IMG/VR virus record: IMGVR_UViG_3300029220_000004
DNA: 64,000 nucleotides
Reading direction: 5' to 3' (one strand)
Origin: a virus
The position numbers were made by a program, and so were the translations under genes. The notes beneath the pieces were generated by a model. The model did no database searches. It saw only the letters and a list, made by a program, of their open reading frames with translations, and had not been told where the DNA came from. Position 1 is the first letter of the stretch. Every line of letters begins with the position of its first letter. Positions 28,632-37,313 of the stretch are shown in pieces.

Positions 28632-29231
28632 ATGAAGAAAAATCTGAAATATTTTGAGGATGAATTATCCAGATTAAGTAAAGAGTTCGCAGAATTCAAG
28701 AAAAAGCACATCGGAAAGCCGGAAATCGGAAAAGCTATTGAACTTGCTGGTATGGAATGGCTGATTCTGGATAAGACAGAAAAAGGATATTTTGCCATTT
28801 TGAATGGATTTGATGGAAAAGAAAGAACATTTGATTCAGCTTCAAATAACTGGATTTCAAGTAAACTGAGAAATGAGTTAAACACTCGTTTTCTTAAAAA
28901 AATTACGGACGAGCTTGGAGAAGATGCAGTTATTGAGTTTGATCGAGATTTACTTTCTATGGACGGTCAGACAGAATATGCACATTGTAAAGATAAGATT
29001 TCGATTTTGACGGTGGATGAATACCGAAAATACAGAAAATTCCTTCCAAATATGGATAAATGGTGGTGGCTGCTTACTCCATGGAGTACACCAGCAAATG
29101 ATTACAGTACAACAATTGCTATTGTTTCCCCTTCGGGCTTTATCTACTACGGCATTTTCGACTACGAATATGGTGTTCGCCCAGTTTGCATCTTTTCTTC
29201 TTCAATCTTTGAATCAGGAAATGATGATTGA
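28632..29231 (+). CDS. DGR target protein 2 (paralog of target 1)
   Basis: C-terminus WWWLLTPWS...IVSPSG-FIYYGIFDYEY-GVRPVCIF carries VR2. RBS GGTGGAGG. Confidence 0.85.
   Translation: MKKNLKYFEDELSRLSKEFAEFKKKHIGKPEIGKAIELAGMEWLILDKTEKGYFAILNGFDGKERTFDSASNNWISSKLRNELNTRFLKKITDELGEDAVIEFDRDLLSMDGQTEYAHCKDKISILTVDEYRKYRKFLPNMDKWWWLLTPWSTPANDYSTTIAIVSPSGFIYYGIFDYEYGVRPVCIFSSSIFESGNDD
29122..29182 (+). repeat. DGR variable repeat VR2
   Basis: 61-bp match to the TR with 10 mismatches, all at TR adenines. Confidence 0.9.
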
Positions 29232-29602
29232 TGGCGAATGAAGATTTAAAGGTAATAGCAAAATCCAAGCAACTTGCAAAGCATACATTAATAGTTACGA
29301 GTAATGCCAGACGATACCCGAAGAAATACAGGTTTTCACTTGTAGATAAAATGCAAAATAAAGCATTGGAAATTTATGAGTCACTATTTGAAGCCAACCG
29401 AACTGATCTGAAAGATTATAAAAGAGAACGATTAGAACTTCAAACAAAAGCCATTACTCATTGTGATGAGTTGATGTACTTTATAGAACTTTCATATGAA
29501 TTGGGAATTATCAATTCCGGTGGAATGGAAGCATGGTCGCAAATGGTAAAAGATATAAAGTATATGACTATTTCATGGAGAACAAAAGACAGAAAAAGAT
29601 AA
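29231..29602 (+). CDS. avd: Avd-like accessory variability determinant (four-helix-bundle protein)
   Basis: About 123 aa, helical and basic (KSKQLAKHTLIVTSNARRYPKKYRFSL...). ATG overlaps the target 2 stop. Sits between the target and the TR. Confidence 0.75.
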   Translation: MANEDLKVIAKSKQLAKHTLIVTSNARRYPKKYRFSLVDKMQNKALEIYESLFEANRTDLKDYKRERLELQTKAITHCDELMYFIELSYELGIINSGGMEAWSQMVKDIKYMTISWRTKDRKR

Positions 29603-29631
29603 TTTTCACAGGTTATGCACTGCGAATACCG

Positions 29632-29692
29632 TTGTTTCCCCTTCGGGCTATATCAACAACAACAATTACAACAACGAAAATGGTGTTCGCCC
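29632..29692 (+). repeat. DGR template repeat (TR) core
   Basis: TTGTTTCCCCTTCGGGCTATATCAACAACAACAATTACAACAACGAAAATGGTGTTCGCCC. AAC/AAT-rich with 19 adenines, noncoding, 105 nt upstream of the RT. Confidence 0.9.
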
Positions 29693-29797
29693 AACATGGA
29701 TCACATGCAGACAGAGTAAGCGTAAAGCTGAAATCAGAAAAGATACAAGCAAATGCATAACCTTTCCGCAATGGACAAACATAAAGGAACAAAATAA

Positions 29798-30817
29798 ATG
29801 GATAAAGAAATTGTTGCAAATTTTGAGAATTTATATCGTTCTTACAAAAAGGTTAAGAGCGGTAAAAAATTTAATTCAGGTACTGCAAGATTTTCTAATT
29901 TGTCTCTTGAAGGCATTCATCTCTTGAAGGAACAATTAGAAAGTCAAACGTATACCATAAATCCGTATAATAAATTTCAAATTCATGAGCCAAAAGAGCG
30001 AACGATAGAATCATGTGCATTTAAGGACAAAGTAGTGCAGAGATGCTTTTCTGATTACATTCTGACGCCGAATCTTGAAAATATCCTGATTAAATGGAAT
30101 ACTGCCGGGCAGCAAGGAAAAGGGCAACATATGGCAATGGACGGGTTAAGAAATCAAATGTTGGATTTCTATAAAAGAAATGGAATGAATAGTTGGATTG
30201 TAAAATGTGATATTCACAAATACTTTTATTGCATAGACCATGAAATCATGAAAGATGTTTTGGATTATTACTTTGATGATGATTTTACAGTCTGGTTGAA
30301 CCATTTGTTTATTGACAGTACAGGTAATCCCGGGCTTCCATTAGGAAATCAGGTAAATCAGAAGTACGCATTGTTGCTTTTACATTCACTGGATCAGATG
30401 ATAACGATTGAATTTGGAAATCCATATTACGGACGATACAACGATGATTTTTATGTGATTTGTAAAACGAAAGAAGATGCCAGAGAAATTCTTGAGGCAA
30501 TCCAAAAGATGGTTGAAAGCCTTAGATTGGAACTAAACCCTAAATCACAAATTGTACCGTTTCGCATGGGCTTGTGTTATCTGGGCTTTCATCATTACGT
30601 GACTGATAAAGGAAAATATATCCGAAAGTTGCGCGGGGACAAAAAAAGAAAGACACAAAGAAAAATCCGAAGATGGGTACGGGCAATGAATGACGGGAAG
30701 ATGTCGATAGAAAAATTTCATGAAAAATACGGAGCATGCAAGAATCATATGCTTCATGGAAATTGCACCAAACTATGTCATAGTATGGATTTAGAAATTG
30801 AAAGGAGAATGAAATGA
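29798..30817 (+). CDS. DGR reverse transcriptase
   Basis: 339 aa. RT motifs: KCDIHKYF, LPLGNQVNQ, YGRYNDDF (catalytic box) and LGF. Confidence 0.85.
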   Translation: MDKEIVANFENLYRSYKKVKSGKKFNSGTARFSNLSLEGIHLLKEQLESQTYTINPYNKFQIHEPKERTIESCAFKDKVVQRCFSDYILTPNLENILIKWNTAGQQGKGQHMAMDGLRNQMLDFYKRNGMNSWIVKCDIHKYFYCIDHEIMKDVLDYYFDDDFTVWLNHLFIDSTGNPGLPLGNQVNQKYALLLLHSLDQMITIEFGNPYYGRYNDDFYVICKTKEDAREILEAIQKMVESLRLELNPKSQIVPFRMGLCYLGFHHYVTDKGKYIRKLRGDKKRKTQRKIRRWVRAMNDGKMSIEKFHEKYGACKNHMLHGNCTKLCHSMDLEIERRMK

Positions 30818-31164
30818 GATTAGTAAGTCAGAATGGGGAATTTGATGTCCCTTATGAAATCGTAGCATTAAGCAGAACTGGAAATATCATAAAAGCATAT
30901 GTGCCAATGGTAGGTGAAAAAGGAACAATTATAGCTCGTTATTCGACAAATGAAAAAGCCCAAAAAGCTATGAAAGCGTTGCATAAAGTGTATGCAGGAA
31001 TGTTTTTTGCGCAAAACGTTGAAATGAGCGATGACGATTACGAGGAATGCATAAAAATGGCTGCAAGAGGTTTTGGAATCATCAAAACCATGGTTAACAG
31101 TCCAGATATGAAATTCGAACCGGCAAACATTGTGTTTAGATTCCCGGAGGATGATGAAGTATGA
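30814..31164 (+). CDS. hypothetical protein (paralog family with 35539-35772)
   Basis: MRLVSQNGE...RYSTNEKAQKAMKALHKVY...EDDEV, compared with MLIRSQNKA...RYSSEAKAMKVLDMIQEAY...EDSEV. Confidence 0.55.
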   Translation: MRLVSQNGEFDVPYEIVALSRTGNIIKAYVPMVGEKGTIIARYSTNEKAQKAMKALHKVYAGMFFAQNVEMSDDDYEECIKMAARGFGIIKTMVNSPDMKFEPANIVFRFPEDDEV

Positions 31165-31391
31165 GAGAAATAAAAGAAACAGACTTAAACCAAAGCATCA
31201 GAATTGAGATGACTTTAAATGAATTAGATATTGTTAGATTATGCTTGGTAATAGCAGACAGTGATGATTTGAAATCAGGTTTTAGAGAATCCGGAATAAA
31301 ATTCGAGTCATCTGAAAAATATTTATTGATTAAGAGTTGCCAAGATATTTTACAAAGTTATGGGGTTCTAGGAAAGAGCAATGAAGTATGA
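31161..31391 (+). CDS. hypothetical protein
   Basis: 76 aa, ATGA overlap with the upstream gene. Confidence 0.5.
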   Translation: MREIKETDLNQSIRIEMTLNELDIVRLCLVIADSDDLKSGFRESGIKFESSEKYLLIKSCQDILQSYGVLGKSNEV

Positions 31392-31591
31392 AGAGAGTAG
31401 ACAGCAAGAAAGACTGGGAACAGATAATAACCATTGAACTTCCACTGAAACAGCTCAAATTAATACGAGACAGCATGTGCAAAGTAAGTTATGCGGAGTT
31501 AGAGAGTCTAAATAGAGGGAAGGACATACCATATGCCTATTCCGATTTAGAGAAAACCATAGATGAAGTTGAAAATATCTTAGAAGCATAA
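31388..31591 (+). CDS. hypothetical protein
   Basis: 67 aa, ATGA overlap. Confidence 0.5.
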   Translation: MKRVDSKKDWEQIITIELPLKQLKLIRDSMCKVSYAELESLNRGKDIPYAYSDLEKTIDEVENILEA

Positions 31592-31628
31592 ATGCAATGT
31601 ACAGAAAGCGAGGTGATGTCATTTGTTC

Positions 31629-32391
31629 ATGCGAGTAATTTCAACAGGTAGTACCAAAGGAAATTGTTACGCTTTGCAGTCAAGTGCAGACGAGATTGTT
31701 CTTCTTGACTGCGGGTGCAACTACAAGAAAATCCTCAGAGGGATTGACTATTGGATAAGCAATATTGATGCAGTACTTCTTTCTCATGAACACGGGTGAC
31801 CATACAAAGTCATTCAAGGAAATAATGAATGCAGGCATTCAGATTTACACCAATGACGAGACAGTTGAGAACATGAACATCCGAACAGGCGAATTAATGA
31901 AAGGTGTTCCAGAAAGGCATCCATTTAGAGTTGGTTCGTTTAACGTGATTCCATTTGAATTGCCGCATACAACATACGATAAGGAAGCAAATCAGCTTGT
32001 ACCTTGCTCGAACTACGGATATCTGGTGGAGCACAATGAAATGGGGAAGCTTCTGTATATTACTGATTTTGAGTACAGTAAATATAATTTCCAGAAAATG
32101 AACATACATCATCTGGTAATTGAATGCAACTACTGTGAAGAATTGGTGGACAAAACAGAAGCTAACTACAGTCATAGATTAAAAGGACATTGCTCTTTGT
32201 CAACTTGCAAGCAATTCATTAAGCAAAATCGCACAGAATCGCTTCGGACGGTAACACTGGTACATTTAAGTGGTCAGGCATCTGATGCCTGTAAAATACA
32301 GAAAGAAATACAGGAAGTCGCAGGAGACAATGTTCTGGTTCAGATTGGGCGGGCTGGACTGGAAGTTGACTTGAATTTATGCCCGTTTTGA
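31629..32391 (+). pseudogene. MBL-fold metallo-hydrolase, frame broken in the HxHxDH motif
   Basis: Frame 1 gives MRVISTGSTKGNCYALQS...LLSHEHG then TGA (31797). Frame 2 continues GDHTKSF... Removing one G from the GGG run at 31794-31796 restores SHEHGDH. Confidence 0.7.
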
Positions 32392-32403
32392 AAGGAGAAA
32401 ATC

Positions 32404-32529
32404 ATGAAAATGACTGATTGCGACAAATGCAAATACCGTAGAGGTTGCATACTGGCATGGGACTATGGTTCGCTTTATTGTAATGATTATGAGGAGGATG
32501 AGAATGAAAATCTTTTTGAAAGTGATTGA
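32404..32529 (+). CDS. small Cys-rich protein (41 aa)
   Basis: RBS AAAGGAG. Sequence CDKCKYRRGC...YC. Confidence 0.4.
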   Translation: MKMTDCDKCKYRRGCILAWDYGSLYCNDYEEDENENLFESD

Positions 32530-32866
32530 TAAGCTTAAAAAACAGACACAGTACGGGGAAATAGCAGAGCCATATTTGAATTGCAAGTACAATAAAGGTT
32601 GGAATGATGCACTAGAAAAAGTTGAAGAACTGATTGCTTCTTACAACTTGAGTGAAAACTGGATTCCGGTAGATATGAAACTCCCGCCAGAACCAAAACC
32701 TAATCATATATTTAAAGGAGACATATATTTGATTACTGTCAAAAAAGGAACAATACCTTTCAGAGCAATGTGGAATGGTGAATATTTTACAGACGGTTTC
32801 GAAAAGTTAGAAGTAATTGCGTGGATGCCGTTGCCTGAACCGTATAAGGAGAAAAAACATGAATAA
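32504..32866 (+). CDS. DUF551-like protein
   Basis: WIPVDMKLPPE...VIAWMPLPEPYKE signature. Paralog of 36648-37049. Confidence 0.6.
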   Translation: MKIFLKVIDKLKKQTQYGEIAEPYLNCKYNKGWNDALEKVEELIASYNLSENWIPVDMKLPPEPKPNHIFKGDIYLITVKKGTIPFRAMWNGEYFTDGFEKLEVIAWMPLPEPYKEKKHE

Positions 32867-33281
32867 AGTAATTTTGATCGGACGGTTGATTAAAGATCCA
32901 GATGTCCGAATGGGAACGAACAACACAACAATTGCCAGATACACACTTGCAGTTGAGAGACAGTATCGCAAAAACAATGAACGCACATCAGACTTCATAA
33001 ATTGTGTTGCGCTTGGAAAAAATGGTGAGTTTGCCGAAAAGTACTTGCATAAAGGCATGAAAATTGCGATTGTCGGCTCATGGCAGACTGGAAATTACAC
33101 TGACAAGGACGGAAAGAAAGTCTACACAAATGATTGCCTTGTGGAAACACATGAGTTTGCAGAAAGCAAGAAGAACCAGCCAGAAGAACAGTCGCAGCCA
33201 CCAGTTCCAAGTCCAGAACAGGACACAAGTGGATTCATGGATATGCCGTCAATTATGGATGACGAACTTCCGTTTAATTAA
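32859..33281 (+). CDS. ssb: single-stranded DNA-binding protein
   Basis: MNKVILIGRLIKDPDVR...OB fold; acidic tail ending DDELPF. Confidence 0.85.
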   Translation: MNKVILIGRLIKDPDVRMGTNNTTIARYTLAVERQYRKNNERTSDFINCVALGKNGEFAEKYLHKGMKIAIVGSWQTGNYTDKDGKKVYTNDCLVETHEFAESKKNQPEEQSQPPVPSPEQDTSGFMDMPSIMDDELPFN

Positions 33282-33294
33282 GGAGTGATGCCTA

Positions 33295-33885
33295 GTGGAT
33301 TATAAAAAATTTCGTCAGGCCAAGGCTATCGAAGTGAGTAACAAGAAAAGGCTTTTAAAAGTTAATCCGGATTTAGATAACAAAAGCGGTATTTATTTCT
33401 TAACCAGAGTAGATGAAAACGGAATCCCATTCTTTTATATCGGGCAAGCAGTACATATAATTCAGAGGATGTGTTCACATCTCACTGGATATCAGCACAT
33501 TGACTTGTCCATAAAGAAAAGAGGATTCTACAGTGAAGATAATCCTTTTGGATGGAAAATTAATTTCATTCATTATCCGGTAGAACAGCTTGATAAAATG
33601 GAGCAGTTCTGGATTCTGGAATATACAAAGAAAGGTTATCAATGCAGATACAACAAGACATCTGGAAGCCAAGGCGAGGGGAAAGAAAAGATTAATGAAT
33701 TCAAACCAGCTAAAGGCTATAGAGATGGAATCAAGCAAGGAAAAACAACCCTTGCAAGAGAATTAAAGCATATCATTGATACTCACTTAGAAGTATCAAT
33801 CAAACCGGAGAAATCAAACAACAAGGTGTCTATAAAGGCACTTGAGAAATTCAATAATCTTCTTGATGAAGAATCTTACAAATGA
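33295..33885 (+). CDS. GIY-YIG nuclease domain protein
   Basis: GIYFLT...FYIGQA...R...H...E (WILEYTKKGY) pattern. GTG start 8 nt after AAGGAG. Confidence 0.6.
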   Translation: MDYKKFRQAKAIEVSNKKRLLKVNPDLDNKSGIYFLTRVDENGIPFFYIGQAVHIIQRMCSHLTGYQHIDLSIKKRGFYSEDNPFGWKINFIHYPVEQLDKMEQFWILEYTKKGYQCRYNKTSGSQGEGKEKINEFKPAKGYRDGIKQGKTTLARELKHIIDTHLEVSIKPEKSNNKVSIKALEKFNNLLDEESYK

Positions 33886-34209
33886 TAAAGCTGACGGTTC
33901 TGGCAGACAAAATCCCAAATAATTACAACTAAATATGCGCACGCCCTCTGGGTTTGGACTGATTCATGCAACTTCCTTGGCATATGAGCGCGATCTGAAC
34001 CCAGAGGTTAAAAGAAATGAGGTAACTATGGTAAGTAAATATAACGCCGAAAGAAAGTATCTCGAAGGGCAAGAGAACAGAACTGATCGAACGTGGAAAG
34101 AATATGTCCAGAAATAAATCAACTGATTATGAAGAAACGTCAGATTTCGATTCTGGTGATGATAACGAGGAAATGTTCACATTTTGATGAAAGGCGGTTT
34201 TAGATAAAA

Positions 34210-34437
34210 ATGAGCAAAGTAAAATCTTATGGTTTAAAAGCCTACGTATCCAATGCATTTGACCTATGTGTTGGAAAAAGAATCAAATACGCAGAACGTG
34301 GTGAGGACGGAATAGAACATATCTATGAAGTAAAACAGTTGTTTCCGTTTTGCGTTTTATTGGAAGATATTTACGATCACACAAGAATTTGCCCTTGTTA
34401 CAGCAAGTTAAGCTTGATGTTAAGAGGGATTGAATAA
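34210..34437 (+). CDS. hypothetical protein
   Basis: 75-aa ORF. Confidence 0.45.
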   Translation: MSKVKSYGLKAYVSNAFDLCVGKRIKYAERGEDGIEHIYEVKQLFPFCVLLEDIYDHTRICPCYSKLSLMLRGIE

Positions 34438-34527
34438 GAATCTGGTTAAGAAGATGGGAGTATAAAATCATGTACTAACTGCACAATAGCGTGTCAGTTG
34501 TTTACATGTGGAAAGGGAATAAGAAAA

Positions 34528-35052
34528 ATGAGAGATAAAGAACGCATTTTGATGATTATTATTTCAAGGATCATACCGGGACTGACTTCTTGTACGGCAA
34601 AGAAAGAAGATTATATTCGACCGTTTATATTTAACACGCATGAATTAAAAGCCGGTGATCTAGTTATGGCGAATACTACTATTTTCCCGAATGAATTTAT
34701 GGTCGGTTTCGTGCATGAGGTAAAAAGTGATTGCGTCGTTATCCGGGAAATAGGCTCTAAAAAGTTGTGCAATTATTATAACGAAACTTTTTCGGTCATT
34801 AACAAGGAAAAACTGGGGTACGAAATTCTTGAAGGTGTGCAGTATAAAACGTATCAGAAAGTTTTGAAGGCATTTTCAAAATACACAAGCTATTCAACCA
34901 GATTTCGAAGTATAGAATTTTCTGGTAATACTTGCACGGTAACAAGCAGGATAATGTTCAAGAACGACAAAAACGGCGAAATTTCTTTCGAGTACAACCA
35001 GAAGACGAAAATTTCCGATATAGGTAAATTGTTGGAAAAAGCCGGGTTATAA
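34528..35052 (+). CDS. hypothetical protein
   Basis: 174 aa starting MRDKERIL. No motif recognised. Confidence 0.5.
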   Translation: MRDKERILMIIISRIIPGLTSCTAKKEDYIRPFIFNTHELKAGDLVMANTTIFPNEFMVGFVHEVKSDCVVIREIGSKKLCNYYNETFSVINKEKLGYEILEGVQYKTYQKVLKAFSKYTSYSTRFRSIEFSGNTCTVTSRIMFKNDKNGEISFEYNQKTKISDIGKLLEKAGL

Positions 35053-35081
35053 TACGAAAACGGGGAAAGTGAGGACGCAAA

Positions 35082-35369
35082 ATGAAATTCAAAAGTAACG
35101 CTAAGTATAACGAAGAGCCCAAAACCGGAAGCGTTTTCGCTTTGAAATACAATTCTTTAGTAATCGTTATCCACAAATACGTCGGTTACGGAAATGTACT
35201 GTTTCTCAACTGTAGCGCATTGGATATTTACAACCACAATCTCGGAACAGAGGATTTCGAGGAAGCTGTCAGCAAAGCGAAAGAAGTTGTCATGCGTGAG
35301 GTTAAGAAAATCAGAGAGGATTCATACAGATTCTATTCAGACAACAATATTGAATTTGACAGATATTAG
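35082..35369 (+). CDS. hypothetical protein
   Basis: 95 aa, RBS GTGAGGA. Confidence 0.5.
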   Translation: MKFKSNAKYNEEPKTGSVFALKYNSLVIVIHKYVGYGNVLFLNCSALDIYNHNLGTEDFEEAVSKAKEVVMREVKKIREDSYRFYSDNNIEFDRY

Positions 35370-35380
35370 GAGGGCAAAAA

Positions 35381-35545
35381 ATGAGCTACTGTGACGGAAC
35401 TTGTAAGTATCTGAATAAAAGAAAACACAAATGCGAATTGACAGGAGAAAAACTCACATACATGAAATGGAGTCGTGGAATCGAGTGTTCAGTGCATGAA
35501 TACAGAGGATTCTGTGAGAAAGATGAGGAGGATACAAAATGTTAA
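35381..35545 (+). CDS. small Cys-rich protein (54 aa)
   Basis: RBS AGGAGGG. Confidence 0.45.
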   Translation: MSYCDGTCKYLNKRKHKCELTGEKLTYMKWSRGIECSVHEYRGFCEKDEEDTKC

Positions 35546-35772
35546 TCAGAAGTCAGAATAAAGCAATTTTATTAAACTTTAGCAATTTAACTGCAACTTA
35601 TATTGTGAAAGATGACGAGGATTTTACTGTTTTAAGCCTAGAGAACGAAAACAGATATAGACTTGGTAGATACTCCTCAGAAGCAAAAGCCATGAAAGTA
35701 CTGGATATGATTCAGGAAGCCTATGTAAATGGGCATATTGATTTTCAGATGTCAGAGGATAGTGAGGTGTAA
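35539..35772 (+). CDS. hypothetical protein (paralog of 30814-31164 N-terminal part)
   Basis: See 30814-31164. Confidence 0.5.
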   Translation: MLIRSQNKAILLNFSNLTATYIVKDDEDFTVLSLENENRYRLGRYSSEAKAMKVLDMIQEAYVNGHIDFQMSEDSEV

Positions 35773-35774
35773 GC

Positions 35775-36068
35775 ATGAGGCACAGAAAAAAACCAGTTGT
35801 AATTGACGCGGTACAGTGGATCGGTACAAATCATCGAGAAATGTTCGATTTCCTGACGGACTATCAGTGTGTAGATCAGTACATGTCGGCAGAAGGTAAG
35901 AATTTCTATATTGACCATTGAAAGGTTCCGGGCGGTCTGGTTATTAAGACATTAGAGGGTGAACATCTGGCAAATATTGGTGATTATATCATCCGCGGCG
36001 TTCACGGTGAATTTTATCCATGTAAACCAGATATATTCAGAGAAACTTATGAGGAGGTGGAAGTATGA
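35775..36068 (+). pseudogene. conserved small phage protein interrupted by one in-frame TGA
   Basis: MRHRKKPVVIDAVQW...NFYIDH, then TGA (35919-35921), then [44 protein letters not shown], all in one frame. Homologues as I remember them are single ORFs. Confidence 0.55.
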
Positions 36069-36631
36069 AAAGATCTGAAACAACAAAATTTCTTAGCCAA
36101 TTGCTGGAAAAAAGCTGTTTTTCTGGACCAGGTAAATACTGGGCTAGAGAAGTAAGCCTTGATTATGACTACGCAGCAGGAAAGCCAAGAAGAGTAGATT
36201 ACATGCAGTTTATTCCGGAAAACCAGTGTTCTATCTCAGCAATCGAAAAAGGAATATTTACATGCTATGAAATCAAAAGCTGCAAAGAGGATATTTACAG
36301 CGGAAATGGATTGAATTTTATTGGCGAAAAAAACTATCTTATAACAACAATGGAGTGCTACAAAGAGATTTTACCTGATTTAAAAAATGGAAAATTTGCC
36401 CAACATATACGTGAGAATTTTCCGGAATGTTACGCGGAAATAGGTAACATGGGAGTAATGGTTGCAGTTCCGTATCAGAGAGAGGTTGCCGAAGAATTTG
36501 AAAACCCAACACCACTAGATGGAGATGTGGAAAAATGGAAATTATCGGTTGCTATAAAGTGTAAACACAATGGATCAAGAAAAAGATCCATGACAGAACT
36601 GCTGTTTTGCATGGTAAGAAGCGGACATTGA
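36065..36631 (+). CDS. PD-(D/E)XK-like nuclease (tentative)
   Basis: VDYMQF...YEIKSCKED resembles a D...ExK core. Low certainty. Confidence 0.4.
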   Translation: MKRSETTKFLSQLLEKSCFSGPGKYWAREVSLDYDYAAGKPRRVDYMQFIPENQCSISAIEKGIFTCYEIKSCKEDIYSGNGLNFIGEKNYLITTMECYKEILPDLKNGKFAQHIRENFPECYAEIGNMGVMVAVPYQREVAEEFENPTPLDGDVEKWKLSVAIKCKHNGSRKRSMTELLFCMVRSGH

Positions 36632-36647
36632 GAAAGGATGAGATAAT

Positions 36648-37049
36648 ATGATACATATCAAAGACAGATTATCAGATTATCATGATTTCATGAAGAAACT
36701 TGTGGATGACCACCAGATGGTTTTAGCAAGCGATGTTATGGATATGATAGAACAGATTAAGGATGATCTGGAACAGGATGAGAAAGAAAACGGGTGGATT
36801 CCAGTCAGTGAGAGGATGCCGAAAGAACACGATTCCATATTTGCAAAGTTTAAAGGAACGGATAACTGGAAAAGAGGAATGTTCGAAAAAACATCTAAAT
36901 ATGTGATTGCCACAGTTGTATTTGACGATGGAACAGTATTGGTAGAGCAGGCACATACTACTGATGGAATTTGGAGAACGGATAAAAAAGTTTTAGGCGG
37001 AACAGTAGTTGCATGGATGGACTATCCAAAACCATATAAGGAGGACTAA
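36648..37049 (+). CDS. DUF551-like protein
   Basis: GWIPVSERMPKE...VVAWMDYPKPYKE. Confidence 0.6.
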   Translation: MIHIKDRLSDYHDFMKKLVDDHQMVLASDVMDMIEQIKDDLEQDEKENGWIPVSERMPKEHDSIFAKFKGTDNWKRGMFEKTSKYVIATVVFDDGTVLVEQAHTTDGIWRTDKKVLGGTVVAWMDYPKPYKED

Positions 37050-37202
37050 ATGGGATATTGCAAATTAGAGTGTCCAGACGGTGAAACAAAGTGTTGCATC
37101 TACTGTGAGAAACAAGACGGTTGCGATAACCGGTGCGACATGATGGATAGCTACGAATACGCTGAAGATTGCGAAGATTATATCAAGGAGGAAGAAGCAT
37201 GA
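37050..37202 (+). CDS. small Cys-rich protein (50 aa)
   Basis: RBS AAGGAGG. Confidence 0.45.
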   Translation: MGYCKLECPDGETKCCIYCEKQDGCDNRCDMMDSYEYAEDCEDYIKEEEA

Positions 37203-37300
37203 TTACATTCTTGTTAGGACTTACACTCGGAATCATATTCGGAGTGGTCGGTCTTGTATGCGCAGCGATCATGTACGACAAGCACCACCCAGACGAATAG
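37199..37300 (+). CDS. 33-aa single-TM peptide
   Basis: RBS AAGGAGG. Sequence ITFLLGLTLGIIFGVVGLVCAAI. Confidence 0.4.
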   Translation: MITFLLGLTLGIIFGVVGLVCAAIMYDKHHPDE

Positions 37301-37313
37301 AAAGGAGAACGGT

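Larger units (their letters stand above)
28024..30817 (+). mobile_element. diversity-generating retroelement cassette (target1-VR1, target2-VR2, avd, TR, RT)
   Basis: See component features. All TR/VR mismatches are restricted to TR adenines. Confidence 0.9.

Noticed and set aside
29533-29819. ORFs 29533-29760 (+) and 29613-29819 (-) overlapping the DGR template repeat
   Set aside because: They run through the TR and spacer. They have no RBS and translate to low-complexity TTTITTT strings caused by the AAC repeats. The TR is a noncoding RNA template.
29798-30817. Retron or group II intron interpretation of the reverse transcriptase
   Set aside because: An Avd-like gene, a TR with two cognate VRs and A-only mismatches explain it fully as a DGR. 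There is no msr/msd-like inverted repeat pair, no intron domain V/VI and no maturase or endonuclease domain.
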